Below the pieces are notes generated by a model, which worked only from the letters and a program-made list of their open reading frames with translations, was not told the origin of the DNA and searched no databases. From Vicinamibacteria bacterium (GTDB lineage Bacteria > Acidobacteriota > Vicinamibacteria > Marinacidobacterales > Marinacidobacteraceae), in contig OZ241322.1 of the NCBI GenBank assembly GCA_965199715.1, positions 96,001 to 160,000 of the forward strand: a stretch of 64,000 nucleotides of DNA. The letters are read 5' to 3'. How positions within the stretch are numbered: the first letter of the stretch is position 1; each line of letters starts with the position of its first letter. A program made the translations under genes and the position numbers. Below, piece by piece: positions 1 to 10,415 of this stretch.

Positions 1-97
1 CTGCGCACCAGCGGGAATCTCATCGGCCAGCTCGCCAACGCGACGTTCACCGGAGCGACGAGCGGCGAGATCGGACCGCCGGGACGAAGGCGCTGAG

Positions 98-1006
98 TTG
101 CGGCGCGTCCTCCTCGCGCTGCCGCTCCTCGTCGGCTGCGGCGGCTCCGAACCGAGTTCGGTCGCGCCGACTCCGCCATCCGCGGCGAACGTGCGGGGCA
201 TGGTCGTCGCTACGGTCACCGGCGTCCCGGCCCCGGGCGCGACGCTGCGCGCCGGGGAGCGGACCGCGAGCGCCGGCTCGGACGGCCGATTCTCGCTGGA
301 CCTCCCCGTCGGGACGCACCGGATCACGCTCTCCGCCCCCGGCTTTGTGGAGCGCGTGACGACGATCCGGGCGCCCAACGCCGACCTGCGGCTCGACCTC
401 ATCCCCGAGGCGGCCCCGTGGGACCTGCGGTTCTATCGGGAGCTGGCCCGAAACGGCGCTGGCGGCGGCGACCTGGAGCCGCTGCGCCGCTGGAACCAGG
501 AGCCGGTCTTCTACGTCGATTCCAACCCCGAGCCCACGACCGGCGACCTGGTTCCCGAAGCCGCGATCGAGCTCGTCCTGGAAGCGATCCGGGTGACCGT
601 GCCGCTGCTCACCGGCGGCCGCTTCACCGGCGAGCGGGTCCACGTCACGACGGACCCGCCCGCCGACATGACGCCGGGCACGGTCGTGCTGCGCTGGAAC
701 GCCGCCGAGGTGGAGTCCGAGATCGGCGTGGGGGACGCCTTCGCCTACCGGGTCGGCGGACCGGCGAACGTGGTCGTCTTCCGGCACTTCGAGCAGACCT
801 TCGCCGCGCACCACGAGATCGGGCACGTGCTCGGCCTCTACCACCCGCTCGGCGGCTTTCGGCCCTCGCACATGTGGTACTCCGGCGTCCTCGACCCGCC
901 CCACTTCACCCAGTGGGACGTCTTCCACGCCCGCGTCCTCTACAGCCGGCCCGAGGGCAACTCCGATCCGGACGTGGACCCGCCGGGCTTCGTGGCCGGT
1001 GAGTAG
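98..1006 (+). CDS. Lipoprotein with carboxypeptidase-regulatory-like N-domain and metzincin-type zinc metallopeptidase domain
   Basis: Lipobox LVGC; HEIGHVLGLYH (HExxHxxGxxH) followed by Met-turn-like SHM; TTG start. Confidence 0.75.
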   Translation: MRRVLLALPLLVGCGGSEPSSVAPTPPSAANVRGMVVATVTGVPAPGATLRAGERTASAGSDGRFSLDLPVGTHRITLSAPGFVERVTTIRAPNADLRLDLIPEAAPWDLRFYRELARNGAGGGDLEPLRRWNQEPVFYVDSNPEPTTGDLVPEAAIELVLEAIRVTVPLLTGGRFTGERVHVTTDPPADMTPGTVVLRWNAAEVESEIGVGDAFAYRVGGPANVVVFRHFEQTFAAHHEIGHVLGLYHPLGGFRPSHMWYSGVLDPPHFTQWDVFHARVLYSRPEGNSDPDVDPPGFVAGE

Positions 1007-1007
1007 G

Positions 1008-2537
1008 TCAGGGAACGAGCAGGTTCCGCCGGAGCCGGCCGGCCGCCGGGTCGGACATCCCGTCGGCGAGCGTCGAGGCGAAGCCGGGCCCGTAGCGCCC
1101 GGCGAAGACGAGCGGCCCCAGCCGACGCTCCTGCGGCGCGCCGCCGGGGAAGAGCGCGTTCCGCGCCCGCAGGAAGCGCCGCCGCCGCTCCTGGTCGCGC
1201 CGCTTGGCCGCCCGCAGCGCCTTGCCCTCCAGATCGCCGAGGATGCCCAGCACCTTGCCCCGCGCGCGGGCGACGGCTCCGGCGAGGCTCGGGTCGAGCG
1301 CCCCGAGCGCCGCCTCGACCGCGGCGAGCCGTTCCTCGTTCGCGGCCCGCGCCGAAGCGAGCGCCGCGTCGGAACGGGGATCGCCGGAGCGCCGGTTGAG
1401 CGCGGCCTCGTCGGCGTGCGAGAGCTCATCGAAGCCGATCCCGTCCTCGTCCAGAACCCGCAGCGCCGGCCGATGCAGGATGCTGACGAGGTGCCGCGGC
1501 AGCACCAGCGGCCGCGGAATTCCGTGGAGTTCGTAGAGCGCTCCCATCTGCGCGTGGTAGGCGAGCTCCGACGGCCCCGCGACGTACGCCGCGGTGGGGA
1601 GGAGCGCGTCCTGGACCAGCGGGCGCAAGAGCACCGCGGCGCTCGCGCGTTCCGGCGCGGACTCCAGATCCGGCCACGGCGGCTCGGCGCGGCTGCGGAC
1701 GGAGTCCACCGTTCGGAAGACGCCGTACCCGGTCGGGCTCGCCTGCGGCGCGAACCCCCGCGCCTCGATTCGCGCGCTCGTCGACTCCACGAGCGCCCGC
1801 GCCTCGTCCTGCCGGTCGAGCGCCGCCCGATAGACCGGCGTCGCCAGCGCCTTCAGCGCCGGGTCGCTCGGGTTCATCACGACGAGTCCGGACCCCCGGG
1901 TCAGCCACGCGAGCAGCCGGGCGAAGGCGCCCGCGAGCGTCCGGCCCGGCCGGTAGGCGTCGCGCGCGGCGGCGACCGTTTCTTCGGAGAACGCCGTCTT
2001 CGGCAGCGTCCGCTCGAACTCGTCCAGCAGCGTCAGGACGTTGTCGTCCAGCCGGCGCACCGATCCCGGCGTTCCCGGCGCCTCGTCGTCCGGGGCGTAC
2101 CGCAGCGAGACCGGCTTCCCGCCCGAATCCAGGATCCACGCGGTCCGGATTTCCTCGAAATCGTGGTCGTCGCCCTCGACCCAGAACACCGGCACCGCCG
2201 GGCGCCCGGCGCGCTCCTCGAATCGCCGCGCCGCCACGACCGTCGAGATCGCCTTCGCGAGCCCGTAGAGCGGTCCGCCGAGGAGACCCGGCTGCTGGCC
2301 GGTGACGATCGCGACCGCGCTCGGATCGGCGAGGCGGCCGGCTGCCTCGCCGCCTTGCCGGACGAGCGCCTCTGCGACCGCCTCCCGGGGTCGGGCGAGG
2401 CTCAGCGTCCGCTCGACCGCGTCCCGCTCGGCGTCCGGAGCGAACGGATCGGGCAGGAACTCGGCGAACCCGCCCGGATCCCGCGCCCACGCCCCGAAGA
2501 ACCCGCCCGGCGGGAGGTCGAGCGTCCGGACGTTCAC
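1008..2537 (-). CDS. bshC: Bacillithiol biosynthesis cysteine-adding enzyme BshC
   Basis: Motifs VTGQQPGLLGGPLY, FWVEGDDHDFEEI, LRPLVQD, YVAGPSELAY, PQERR; 509 aa. Confidence 0.9.
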   Translation of the reverse strand: MNVRTLDLPPGGFFGAWARDPGGFAEFLPDPFAPDAERDAVERTLSLARPREAVAEALVRQGGEAAGRLADPSAVAIVTGQQPGLLGGPLYGLAKAISTVVAARRFEERAGRPAVPVFWVEGDDHDFEEIRTAWILDSGGKPVSLRYAPDDEAPGTPGSVRRLDDNVLTLLDEFERTLPKTAFSEETVAAARDAYRPGRTLAGAFARLLAWLTRGSGLVVMNPSDPALKALATPVYRAALDRQDEARALVESTSARIEARGFAPQASPTGYGVFRTVDSVRSRAEPPWPDLESAPERASAAVLLRPLVQDALLPTAAYVAGPSELAYHAQMGALYELHGIPRPLVLPRHLVSILHRPALRVLDEDGIGFDELSHADEAALNRRSGDPRSDAALASARAANEERLAAVEAALGALDPSLAGAVARARGKVLGILGDLEGKALRAAKRRDQERRRRFLRARNALFPGGAPQERRLGPLVFAGRYGPGFASTLADGMSDPAAGRLRRNLLVP

Positions 2538-2965
2538 AGCCGGCCCATCCGTTCAAGCGGCCAGTAGCGGAACAGCACCTTCCCCACGATGGCCTCGCCC
2601 GCGACCGCGCCGAACTGGCGGCTGTCCCGGCTGCGCCCGCGGTTGTCCCCGAGCACGAAGTAGCGGTCGCCGTCGAGGACCAGCGGCGCGGGGGCGCGGC
2701 CCCGGCGAGCGGCGAACCGCACCGTGTCTCCCGGAAGCGCCACCACCCGCTTCACCATCGCGGTCTCCCGATGGTCGAACACGACGAGATCGCCGCGATC
2801 CACGCCGAACCACCGGAACCCCGCCGGGCTGATGAGGATGCGCTCCCCCGGCTGGAGCGCCGGCGCCATGCTGCGGCCCTCGACCCGGTAGCTGCGGACC
2901 GCGTGGCCCGCCCCGAATCCGAGCGCGCCGGCGGCGAGCAGCGTGAGCGCGACCCGGACTCTCAC
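2534..2965 (-). CDS. lepB: Signal peptidase I
   Basis: GTG overlapping argS stop; N-terminal TM segment; GRSMAPAL (catalytic Ser), MVKRV (catalytic Lys), GDNRGRSRDSR; the long ORF-track extension upstream is spurious. Confidence 0.88.
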   Translation of the reverse strand: MRVRVALTLLAAGALGFGAGHAVRSYRVEGRSMAPALQPGERILISPAGFRWFGVDRGDLVVFDHRETAMVKRVVALPGDTVRFAARRGRAPAPLVLDGDRYFVLGDNRGRSRDSRQFGAVAGEAIVGKVLFRYWPLERMGRL

Positions 2966-4869
2966 ATGCGCTCCGGGGCGGGGATGCCGAGCAGCGCCAT
3001 CCCCGCCGCGTGCCACGCGAGGAAGCAGGCGACCGCGTGCGCCCGCAGCTCGAGGGCGTTCGCGTCCGGCTCGCCCGCGATCCGGTAGCGGTGGTAGAAG
3101 GCGTTGAAGCGCTGGGCGCCGTCGTAGGCCCAGCGGGCGAGGATCTGGGGTTCCTCGGATTCCGCGGCGCGGGCGGCCGCGTCCCGCAGCGAGGCGGCCT
3201 CGCGCATCAGCGTCCAGAGCGCGGTGGACTCCTCGGGATCGAGCGCGTCGAGGCGACGGTCGAGGTCGGGCAGGGGAGCGGGCGGACGATCGGGAACCTC
3301 CGCGCCGATGCGCACGAGGATGTTGCGGGCGCGGACCGCCGCGTACTGGAGGTACGGGCCGGTCGCGCCGTCGAAGCTGAGCGCCTCGTCGAGGTCGAAC
3401 GCGATGATCTGGCTCTTCGTGACCTTGACCATCAGGTACCGCAGCGCCCCGACGGCGACGTCCCGCGCCAGCGCCCACCGCGCCGCCTCGTCGAGGTCGG
3501 GATTCCGACGCGCGACCTCCTCCCCGGCCCGCTCGATGAGCGCGTCGAGGAAGTCGTCCGCCTTCACCCCAATGCCCTTGCGCCCGGACACCTCCACGCT
3601 GCCGCGCCCCGAGCCGTCGCCGAGGCCGAGCCGCTCGAGCGTCGCCCGCGTGAGCGAGACCATCTCGTAGGCGAAGTGCCGCGTCCGGGCGCGGTCCGCC
3701 TCCGTCGTCAGGCGGGCGACGGCCTCCTGGACGATCTGCTGCGGGTAGGACTGGCGGGCGTCGATCACGTGGTGGACGACCGCGCCGGCGCCGAACGTCG
3801 GCGCGTCCGGGTCCGCCTCCCCGTCGGTCGTGATCCACGCGGTGGCGCCGTCCGGATAGCAGTGGAACCGGCGGGAGCGGAATTCGAGGCCGAGCAGGCC
3901 GATCTGCCACAACTGATACGGGATGTCCTTGCCCACGTAGGTCACGGTGCCGTTCGAGCGGACGATCACCTTCTCGCCGTCCTGCGCGAGCGGGGTGTCC
4001 ATGACCCAGCAGCCCCGGTTCTTGCCGGAGTCGCTCAGCCGGATCGCGCCGCGCTCCTGCAGCAGCTCGAACGCGCGGTCCCAGAAGCGGAGCCGAAGGA
4101 TCGTCTTCTCGCAGGGCAGGACGTCGTAGCGCGCCCCGATCCGCTCCATCGTCTCGACGTGGCGAAGCGCGACCCGATCCGCGACGATCGCGCCGATCTC
4201 CGACCACGGCGGATCGCCGTGTTCGAGGCCCCACAGCGCCTCGCGCCGCAGCTCCGCCCGCTCCGGATCCTCTTCCAGCCAGCGCGAGACCTCGGTGTAG
4301 AGCTCCCAGCAGAGGTAGTCGAAGCGCGGCTTCCGGGCGAGCTCCCGCACTGCGTCGGCGTCGAGCCCGCGCAGCGCGACGAAGCCGAGCGCCACGTCGG
4401 CCACCTGCACCCCGGTGTCGTCGATGTAGTTGTGGATCTCGACCGCGTGGCCGAGGAACTTCAGAATGCGGGCGAAGGAATCGCCGAGCGCCGCGTTCCG
4501 CAGGTGGCCGATGTGCGCGGCCTTGTTGGGGTTGATGCAGGTGTGCTCGACGATGCGCAGCCCGTCCGGCGCCTGCGTCGGCGGTTCGGCGGCGGCGCGC
4601 AGCCAGCGCTCCCGGTCGAGGAACACGTTCACGTAGCCCGGGCCGGCGACTTCGACCCGCCGCACGGCCGGATGAGCTTCGAGCGACGCAGCGATCGAGG
4701 CCGCGATCTCGCGGGGCGGCCGCCGGAGGACGCGGGCGAGGGCGAGCGCGGCGGGGAACGCGACGTCGCCCCGGTCCGGGCTGGCGGGGGTGTCCGCGAC
4801 GACCCGCGGTTTCGGGACGCCGAGGTCCCGAACCGCCTCCCGGACCGTATCGACCAGTCCGGTGAGCAT
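2962..4869 (-). CDS. argS: Arginine--tRNA ligase
   Basis: NPNKAAHIGHLRNA HIGH motif, GPYLQYA, C-terminal PERM. Confidence 0.95.
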   Translation of the reverse strand: MLTGLVDTVREAVRDLGVPKPRVVADTPASPDRGDVAFPAALALARVLRRPPREIAASIAASLEAHPAVRRVEVAGPGYVNVFLDRERWLRAAAEPPTQAPDGLRIVEHTCINPNKAAHIGHLRNAALGDSFARILKFLGHAVEIHNYIDDTGVQVADVALGFVALRGLDADAVRELARKPRFDYLCWELYTEVSRWLEEDPERAELRREALWGLEHGDPPWSEIGAIVADRVALRHVETMERIGARYDVLPCEKTILRLRFWDRAFELLQERGAIRLSDSGKNRGCWVMDTPLAQDGEKVIVRSNGTVTYVGKDIPYQLWQIGLLGLEFRSRRFHCYPDGATAWITTDGEADPDAPTFGAGAVVHHVIDARQSYPQQIVQEAVARLTTEADRARTRHFAYEMVSLTRATLERLGLGDGSGRGSVEVSGRKGIGVKADDFLDALIERAGEEVARRNPDLDEAARWALARDVAVGALRYLMVKVTKSQIIAFDLDEALSFDGATGPYLQYAAVRARNILVRIGAEVPDRPPAPLPDLDRRLDALDPEESTALWTLMREAASLRDAAARAAESEEPQILARWAYDGAQRFNAFYHRYRIAGEPDANALELRAHAVACFLAWHAAGMALLGIPAPERM

Positions 4870-4914
4870 GAGGGATCGGCGCGGATTCTATGCCGCGCTT
4901 CCTAGAATCCCCGC

Positions 4915-6765
4915 GTGCGCCGCGACGAGTTCACCGCTTTCCTGCGGGAGCGCCCGCGGGTCGCCGACGGAGCGGTCGGGACCGCGCTCTACCGGGGCGG
5001 CGTGTCGGTGCGGCGCTGCTTCGACGACCTGAACCGGTCCGATCCGGCCCGCGTCCACGCGATCCACGCGGGGCACCTGGCGGCGGGCGCCGAACTGGTC
5101 ACCACGAACACCTTCGGCGCGAACCGCTTCAAGCTCCGCCGGCACGGCCTCGGTTCGGAAGTCGCCGCGATCAACGCCGCCGGGGTCGAGATCGCGCGCC
5201 GCGCGGCCGGCCGCAAGGCGCTCGTCTTCGGCTCGGTCGGCCCCACTGGCGAGAGCGTCGGCCCGTACGCGCCGCAGGCGCTGCGCGACGAGGTCCGCGA
5301 GGCGTTTCGGGAGCAGTGCGCGGCGCTCGCCGAAGCCGGCGTGGACGGGTTCCAGATCGAGACCTTCACGAGCCTCGCCGAGTGCCTTCTCGCGCTCGCC
5401 GCGGCGCGCGAAGCCGCGCCGGACCTCGCCGTCGTCGCGCTCATGACGTTTTCGGAGCAGGGGACCGCGGCCGCCGGCGAGACCCCGAAGGCGGTGACGG
5501 CCGCACTCGAGAGCGCCGGCGCGGACGCGGTCGGCTCCAACTGCGGCCGCGGGCCGGCCACGACCTGCGACGCCCTCGAGGAGATGCGCGGCGCGACCGC
5601 GCTGCCGCTCGCCGCGCAGCCCAACGCGGGCGTTCCGGAGCGGGTGGACGACCGGTTCCTCTATCCGTCCTCGCCGGACTACATGGCGCACTTCGCGAAG
5701 CGCTTCCTGCGGCTCGGGGCGCGGCTCATCGGCGGCTGCTGCGGCACCGGCGAGGAGCACTTGGGCGCGATCGCCGGTGCCGTCCGGGCGCTTTCCGCGT
5801 CGGGCCGGGCGATCCCGGCGGCGGCCGGAGCTGGGTCGCGCCGGGGCGGCGAGGCGAAGGAGCCGGTCCCGAGCCGGGATCGCTCGGGCCTCGGGGCGGC
5901 GCTCGCCGAGGGGCGGTTCGCGGTCTCGGTGGAGTTCGACCCGCCCCGCGGCGCGAACGCGGCGCCGCTCTTGAAGAAGGCGCGGTCGCTCGCCGCCGCC
6001 GGCGTGCGATTCGCGAACGTGGCGGACGGACCCCGCGCCAGCGCCCGGATGAGCGCGATCGCGTTCGCCGCGCTGCTCGAGCGGGAGGGGGCGCTCGAGA
6101 CGATCCTCCACTACCAGTGCCGCGACCGGAACCTGATCGGGATCCAGGCGGATCTGCTCGGGGCGCACGCGCTCGGGCTGCGCAACGTGCTGGCGGTGAC
6201 CGGCGATCCGCCGAAGCTCGGCGACTACCCGCACGCCACCCCGGTCTTCGATCTCGATTCGGTGGGGCTCGTGCGCATCCTCTCGTCGCTCAACCGGGCG
6301 CTCGACCTCGCCGGAAATCCCGTCGGCGCGCCGCTGCCGTTCCTCGCCGGCGTGGGCGCGAACCCGGCGGCGGTGGACCTCGAGGCGGAAGTCGGGAAGT
6401 TCCGCCGCAAGGTGGAGGCGGGAGCGAGCTACGGCCTCACCCAGCCGGTGTACGAGCCGCGGGTCCTCGAGCGCTTCCTCGAGGCGATCCGGGACTCTCG
6501 GGTTCCCATCCTCGTGGGGGTGCTGCCGCTCGTGAGCTCGCGCAACGCCGAGTTCCTCCACAACGAGGTGCCCGGGATGACGGTGCCGCAGCCGGTGCGC
6601 GAGCGCATGGCGCGGGCGCCGGACGCCGAGGCGGCGCGGTCCGTCGGGGTCGAGGTGGCGCGGGAGATGGTGGCCGTCTCGCGCGACCTGGCCGAGGGGG
6701 TGTACGTGATGCCGCCGTTCAACCGGTTCGAGCTGGCGATCCGGGCGGTGCGGGGGTTCGTCTGA
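4915..6765 (+). CDS. yitJ: Bifunctional homocysteine S-methyltransferase / methylenetetrahydrofolate reductase
   Basis: DGAVGT, TNTFGAN, GSNC, GGCCGT Zn motif, followed by MTHFR domain (VEFDPP, CRDRN, TGDP, TQPVY). Confidence 0.92.
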   Translation: MRRDEFTAFLRERPRVADGAVGTALYRGGVSVRRCFDDLNRSDPARVHAIHAGHLAAGAELVTTNTFGANRFKLRRHGLGSEVAAINAAGVEIARRAAGRKALVFGSVGPTGESVGPYAPQALRDEVREAFREQCAALAEAGVDGFQIETFTSLAECLLALAAAREAAPDLAVVALMTFSEQGTAAAGETPKAVTAALESAGADAVGSNCGRGPATTCDALEEMRGATALPLAAQPNAGVPERVDDRFLYPSSPDYMAHFAKRFLRLGARLIGGCCGTGEEHLGAIAGAVRALSASGRAIPAAAGAGSRRGGEAKEPVPSRDRSGLGAALAEGRFAVSVEFDPPRGANAAPLLKKARSLAAAGVRFANVADGPRASARMSAIAFAALLEREGALETILHYQCRDRNLIGIQADLLGAHALGLRNVLAVTGDPPKLGDYPHATPVFDLDSVGLVRILSSLNRALDLAGNPVGAPLPFLAGVGANPAAVDLEAEVGKFRRKVEAGASYGLTQPVYEPRVLERFLEAIRDSRVPILVGVLPLVSSRNAEFLHNEVPGMTVPQPVRERMARAPDAEAARSVGVEVAREMVAVSRDLAEGVYVMPPFNRFELAIRAVRGFV

Positions 6766-6790
6766 TCGGGAAGGTGGGAGAATGCGGGGC

Positions 6791-7732
6791 ATGAGGCTCG
6801 GCGCCGCCGCGATCCTGCTGGCGCTTCCGGCCGCGGCTCAGGAGATCCCGCGCTTCGAGGCGGGGGTCGATCTCGTCTCGGTGCCGGTCGCGGTCACGGA
6901 TCGCGACGGGGACTTCGTCACCGGACTGACGGCGGCGGATTTCCGCGTCTTCGAGGATGGAGTCGAGCAGGAGATCCTGATCTTCGGCGCCGGGCTCGAC
7001 GAGTCGTGGGTCGAGCTGCCCCCGGAAGCGAAGGAGGACACGCCCGGCCGCAACGTCATCGGCCTGCTCCTCGACTCGTCGGGCAGCATGGAGAAGGACA
7101 TGAGCCTGCTCCACGAGGCGGCGATCAAGTTCCTGACCAACATTCCGCCCGCAGAGCATCTCTTCGTCATCAGCTTCGACGAGAACATCCGGCTTTCCGA
7201 GTATTCGTCGGACGACCAGCGGACCATCGCGAACCGCATCTACGACATCGAGGCCGACGGTTGGACCGCGCTCTACGACTCGGTGGCGACGTTCCTCGAC
7301 CGCGTCTGGGACTACGAGGGACGCAAGACGCTCGCGGTGTTCAGCGACGGAGCCGACTCGCGCTCGGCGCTCAGCTTCGGCGAGGCCATGGACCTCGTCA
7401 AGCTCGGCGACACCACCATCCACACGATCCAGTTCGGCGACCGGGCGCGCGCCCGGGACCTCTTTCACAACTCGCGCTTCCTGCGGGCCATCGCCGAGGA
7501 GACCGGCGGCTCGCACGCGGTGGCGTCCTCGCTCGACCAGATCGACGAGCTCTACGACCGCATCCTCGACGAGCTCCACAGCCAGTACGCCATCGGCTAC
7601 GTGTCCAGCAACCTGAAGCGCGAGGGCCGCTACCGGGACATCGAGGTGCGCGTCGTCGCCGACGGGCTGGACGACCCGAAGGTGCGGGCGCGCCGGGGGT
7701 ACTACGGCCCGATGGACCCGCCGAGCCCCTGA
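6791..7732 (+). CDS. Secreted VWA domain protein (Acidobacterial VWFA-related type)
   Basis: Signal peptide; VDLVSVPVAVTD, FEDGVEQ, MIDAS DSSGS, TALYD, FSDG, ETGG, QYAIGY, RARRGYY; alternative start 6782. Confidence 0.85.
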   Translation: MRLGAAAILLALPAAAQEIPRFEAGVDLVSVPVAVTDRDGDFVTGLTAADFRVFEDGVEQEILIFGAGLDESWVELPPEAKEDTPGRNVIGLLLDSSGSMEKDMSLLHEAAIKFLTNIPPAEHLFVISFDENIRLSEYSSDDQRTIANRIYDIEADGWTALYDSVATFLDRVWDYEGRKTLAVFSDGADSRSALSFGEAMDLVKLGDTTIHTIQFGDRARARDLFHNSRFLRAIAEETGGSHAVASSLDQIDELYDRILDELHSQYAIGYVSSNLKREGRYRDIEVRVVADGLDDPKVRARRGYYGPMDPPSP

Positions 7733-8640
7733 CCGGGCGCCGCGAGCCGGCGAAGCAACTCCCGCACTTCGCCCAGGCGTTCGTGGTCGAGGTTCCAGAG
7801 CGCCTTCTTCGCCGCCACCCCGACGGACGCCTGGGGAGCGGAGGTCGTCGCGAGGAAGGCTCGCGACCGCGCCTTCGCCGTGGGCGCGACGAGCCGTCCA
7901 CTCGGGCGACGCAGTCGAAGAACTCGTCGATGCACGGCGTGATGGGACGTTTTCCTCAAGGCTCTGCAATCGAGGCTCGAGCGCCTTCAGCGAGTGAAGA
8001 AGCAAACCCTCGCGCTTCCGCCTGCGCAGCACGGAGAGCCGATTCGCGTCTTCCGTAGCATTTCGATTGGCCGCCGACAGGAACGCGCCCCGAAACTGCG
8101 TTGCCTCGGGACAGTCCATCGACAGTTTGCCGTCCTTCCCGAATCGCCGGGTCGGCTCCCGTCTGGAATTCTGCTCATGGGACAGCGAAAGGGTTGGCAA
8201 CCGGACGGTCTCGGCTTGCGTCGCGATCGCGGCGGGTGCGCGGTTGCACCCATTGCCATTGGCTTCTGATTGGTCCCCACGGACCGGGACAGCGAGTGAT
8301 CCGTCCTCGCGGTCAACGCGAATGGTCAGCGCCTAGGAACCGTGATCTCGATGCTGGCCGCCAAGCTTGATCGACCGTTTCAGGTCGAGCTGTGAGAAGA
8401 GGGGCTTCCAGATCGTGTTCTGGATCGCATCGGGCGATCCCGCGAAATCCACGACGCCGCGGAATCCGGTAACCCGCATGATCAGCCCGGCGTGTCCAGC
8501 GCCGGCCAACAGGAAGAGCGCTTCGAGCAAGGAGGTCTTCCCGACGCTGTTTCCCCCGGCGAACAGATTGATTGGGCCGAGACGGGAGATGTGGAGATCT
8601 TCCAGCCCCGGAAATTGCGGATTCGCCGTTGCTCGAACAT
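7702..8640 (-). pseudogene. Fragmented AAA/ABC-type ATPase plus DUF3226-like partner remnant
   Basis: INLFAGGNSVGKTSLLEALF Walker A (about 8520-8570); LKALEPRLQSLE in another frame; KARSRAFLAT...SVGVAAKKALWNLDH at 7702-7870; stops and frameshifts between the pieces; lower GC. Confidence 0.55.
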
Positions 8641-8759
8641 GGGTTGCTCCACTCTGACGGGGCCCTGAACGGACGGAACCGCCCGCCCCGGTCCACGTCG
8701 CGTCGAACTGTACGTCGCCCCGACCGATACGCCGCCCAGGTAGCCTACGCTTCCCCGCC

Positions 8760-9782
8760 ATGCAGAAGCTCGCCGCCGCGCTCCTCCTCGGCGCCCTCGC
8801 CGCGCCCGCCGCCGGCCAGCCGGAATTCCACGACGTCCACTTCCATGCGACGGACTACATCCAGCGCCAGATCGATTTACGGGACTTCCTCGGGATGATG
8901 GGCGATCGGGTGGGCCGTTCCACCGTCATGCCCATCCCGCTCCAGCAGAAGTGGGATCCGCACGTCTCGGGGGACCGCGCCCCCGACTACTACCTGCGCA
9001 CCGACGCGCCGCTGTACTACTACTCGTTCGTGGACGCCATGGTCGCCGAGGCGGTGCTCGCGCTCCCCGAAGCGGACCGCGCCCGGCTGGACCCGATGAT
9101 CACCGGCTTCAACCCCACCGACATGTACGCGGCGGACCACATCGAGCGCGCGCTTCGCATGTACCCCGGAGTGTTCAGCGGAATCGGCGAGTTCTCCATC
9201 CACAAGGAAGTCGTGACTCCCAAGACGCTCGGCCACGCGGCGAGCCTCCGCAACCCGGCGCTCGACCGGATCCTCGAGTTCGCCGCCGAGTCCGGCCTGC
9301 TCGCGCTCGTCCACAACGACGCGGACGTCATCCTGCCGCACGCGGACGCCCATCCGGCGCACTTCGACGCCTTCCTCGAGCTCGTCGCCGACCACCCGGA
9401 CGCGACCATTGTTTGGGCGCACTCCGGGCTCGGGCGCTTCGTCGAGCCGACGGACGGATACGTGGACCTGCTGGAGGACGTGCTGGAGGACGACCGCTAC
9501 GCCCATCTGCACCTCGATCTCTCGTGGGACGTCGTCGCGGAGCAGATCGCCGACGACCCGGCGTGGGCCGATCTCGTCGAGCGCTTTCCGACGCGGTTCC
9601 TGCTGGGTTCCGACGCCGTGACTCCCCGGGACGAGGCCGCCTACCTGCGGAACCTGGCCGTCTGGGAGCCGCTCCTCGACCGGCTCGGCGCGGACGCCGG
9701 CGAGGCGCTGCGCCTGCGGAACTACGAGCGCCTCTTCGATGAGGCCCGCCGGCGGGTGCGGGCGTTCGAGGCGTCCCGATAA
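8760..9782 (+). CDS. Secreted amidohydrolase-superfamily metalloenzyme
   Basis: Signal peptide; DVHFH, GIGEF, VHND, WAHSG, LGSD metal-ligand motifs. Confidence 0.8.
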   Translation: MQKLAAALLLGALAAPAAGQPEFHDVHFHATDYIQRQIDLRDFLGMMGDRVGRSTVMPIPLQQKWDPHVSGDRAPDYYLRTDAPLYYYSFVDAMVAEAVLALPEADRARLDPMITGFNPTDMYAADHIERALRMYPGVFSGIGEFSIHKEVVTPKTLGHAASLRNPALDRILEFAAESGLLALVHNDADVILPHADAHPAHFDAFLELVADHPDATIVWAHSGLGRFVEPTDGYVDLLEDVLEDDRYAHLHLDLSWDVVAEQIADDPAWADLVERFPTRFLLGSDAVTPRDEAAYLRNLAVWEPLLDRLGADAGEALRLRNYERLFDEARRRVRAFEASR

Positions 9783-9798
9783 GCGGGCCCGGAGTCGG

Positions 9799-10261
9799 TC
9801 AGGGAGCCGTGACGCTGACATTGTCGCTCACGATGTAGGGCCCATTCCTCGCGGCCGTCGAATGGACGCAGGCGTAGTAGTCGTGGTCGATGAAGTTCGG
9901 GGGGGCTCCGGCCGTCCGTCTGCCTGAATCCGGTGGCGTTCCAGGTCGCGCTGAGACCGCCCTTGCCGGCCGCGCCCCAGTTGTCCTCGGTCTTCTTCCC
10001 GGTCGAATGGAGCTCCGCGCGGATCTCCTCGGCTTTCGTCTTGGTCAACGCCGCCGACGCGCTGATCGTAAAGTGGACGTCATGTTCCGTAGAGCTCGAC
10101 CCAAGCTGCCCGGAGGAATTCCGAAGCGCGAGGCGGAGCGGCTCGAGAAAGGCTGTCCTGCCGGCGTTGTCGGGGCCGTCCAGGACGGTCATCTCGCCGA
10201 GGTCGCGCGCGACGCGTCGGATGGGCCGAAAGTTCTCGATCTCAATGCGGACGATGCGCAC
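9799..10261 (-). pseudogene. Chimeric remnant: OLD/AAA-type ATPase 5' end joined to the C-terminal tip of an FN3-lipoprotein paralog
   Basis: MRIVRIEIENFR...GPDNAGRT (degenerate Walker A); then SATWN and, after a frameshift, DHDYYACV...YIVSDNVSVTAP* resembling the end of 10416..12323. Confidence 0.5.
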
Positions 10262-10357
10262 GCGACGGACAACTCCCTTCGCCGCCGCGGTCGTGATTTC
10301 CTGCGTGGAGCGCAGCGAAAAGGGGGACGGGACATCGCTTCGATCTCGGCGGAAGCG

Positions 10358-10397
10358 AAAAAGGGAGCAGGCCCGCTCCTTGTGGAGCGGGCCTGCT
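10358..10397 (-). terminator. Rho-independent terminator of the FN3 lipoprotein gene
   Basis: Perfect 14-bp stem AGCAGGCCCGCTCC/GGAGCGGGCCTGCT with 4-nt loop, followed on the minus strand by CCCTTTTT. Confidence 0.85.
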
Positions 10398-10415
10398 GGG
10401 GAGTCGGGAATCAGG

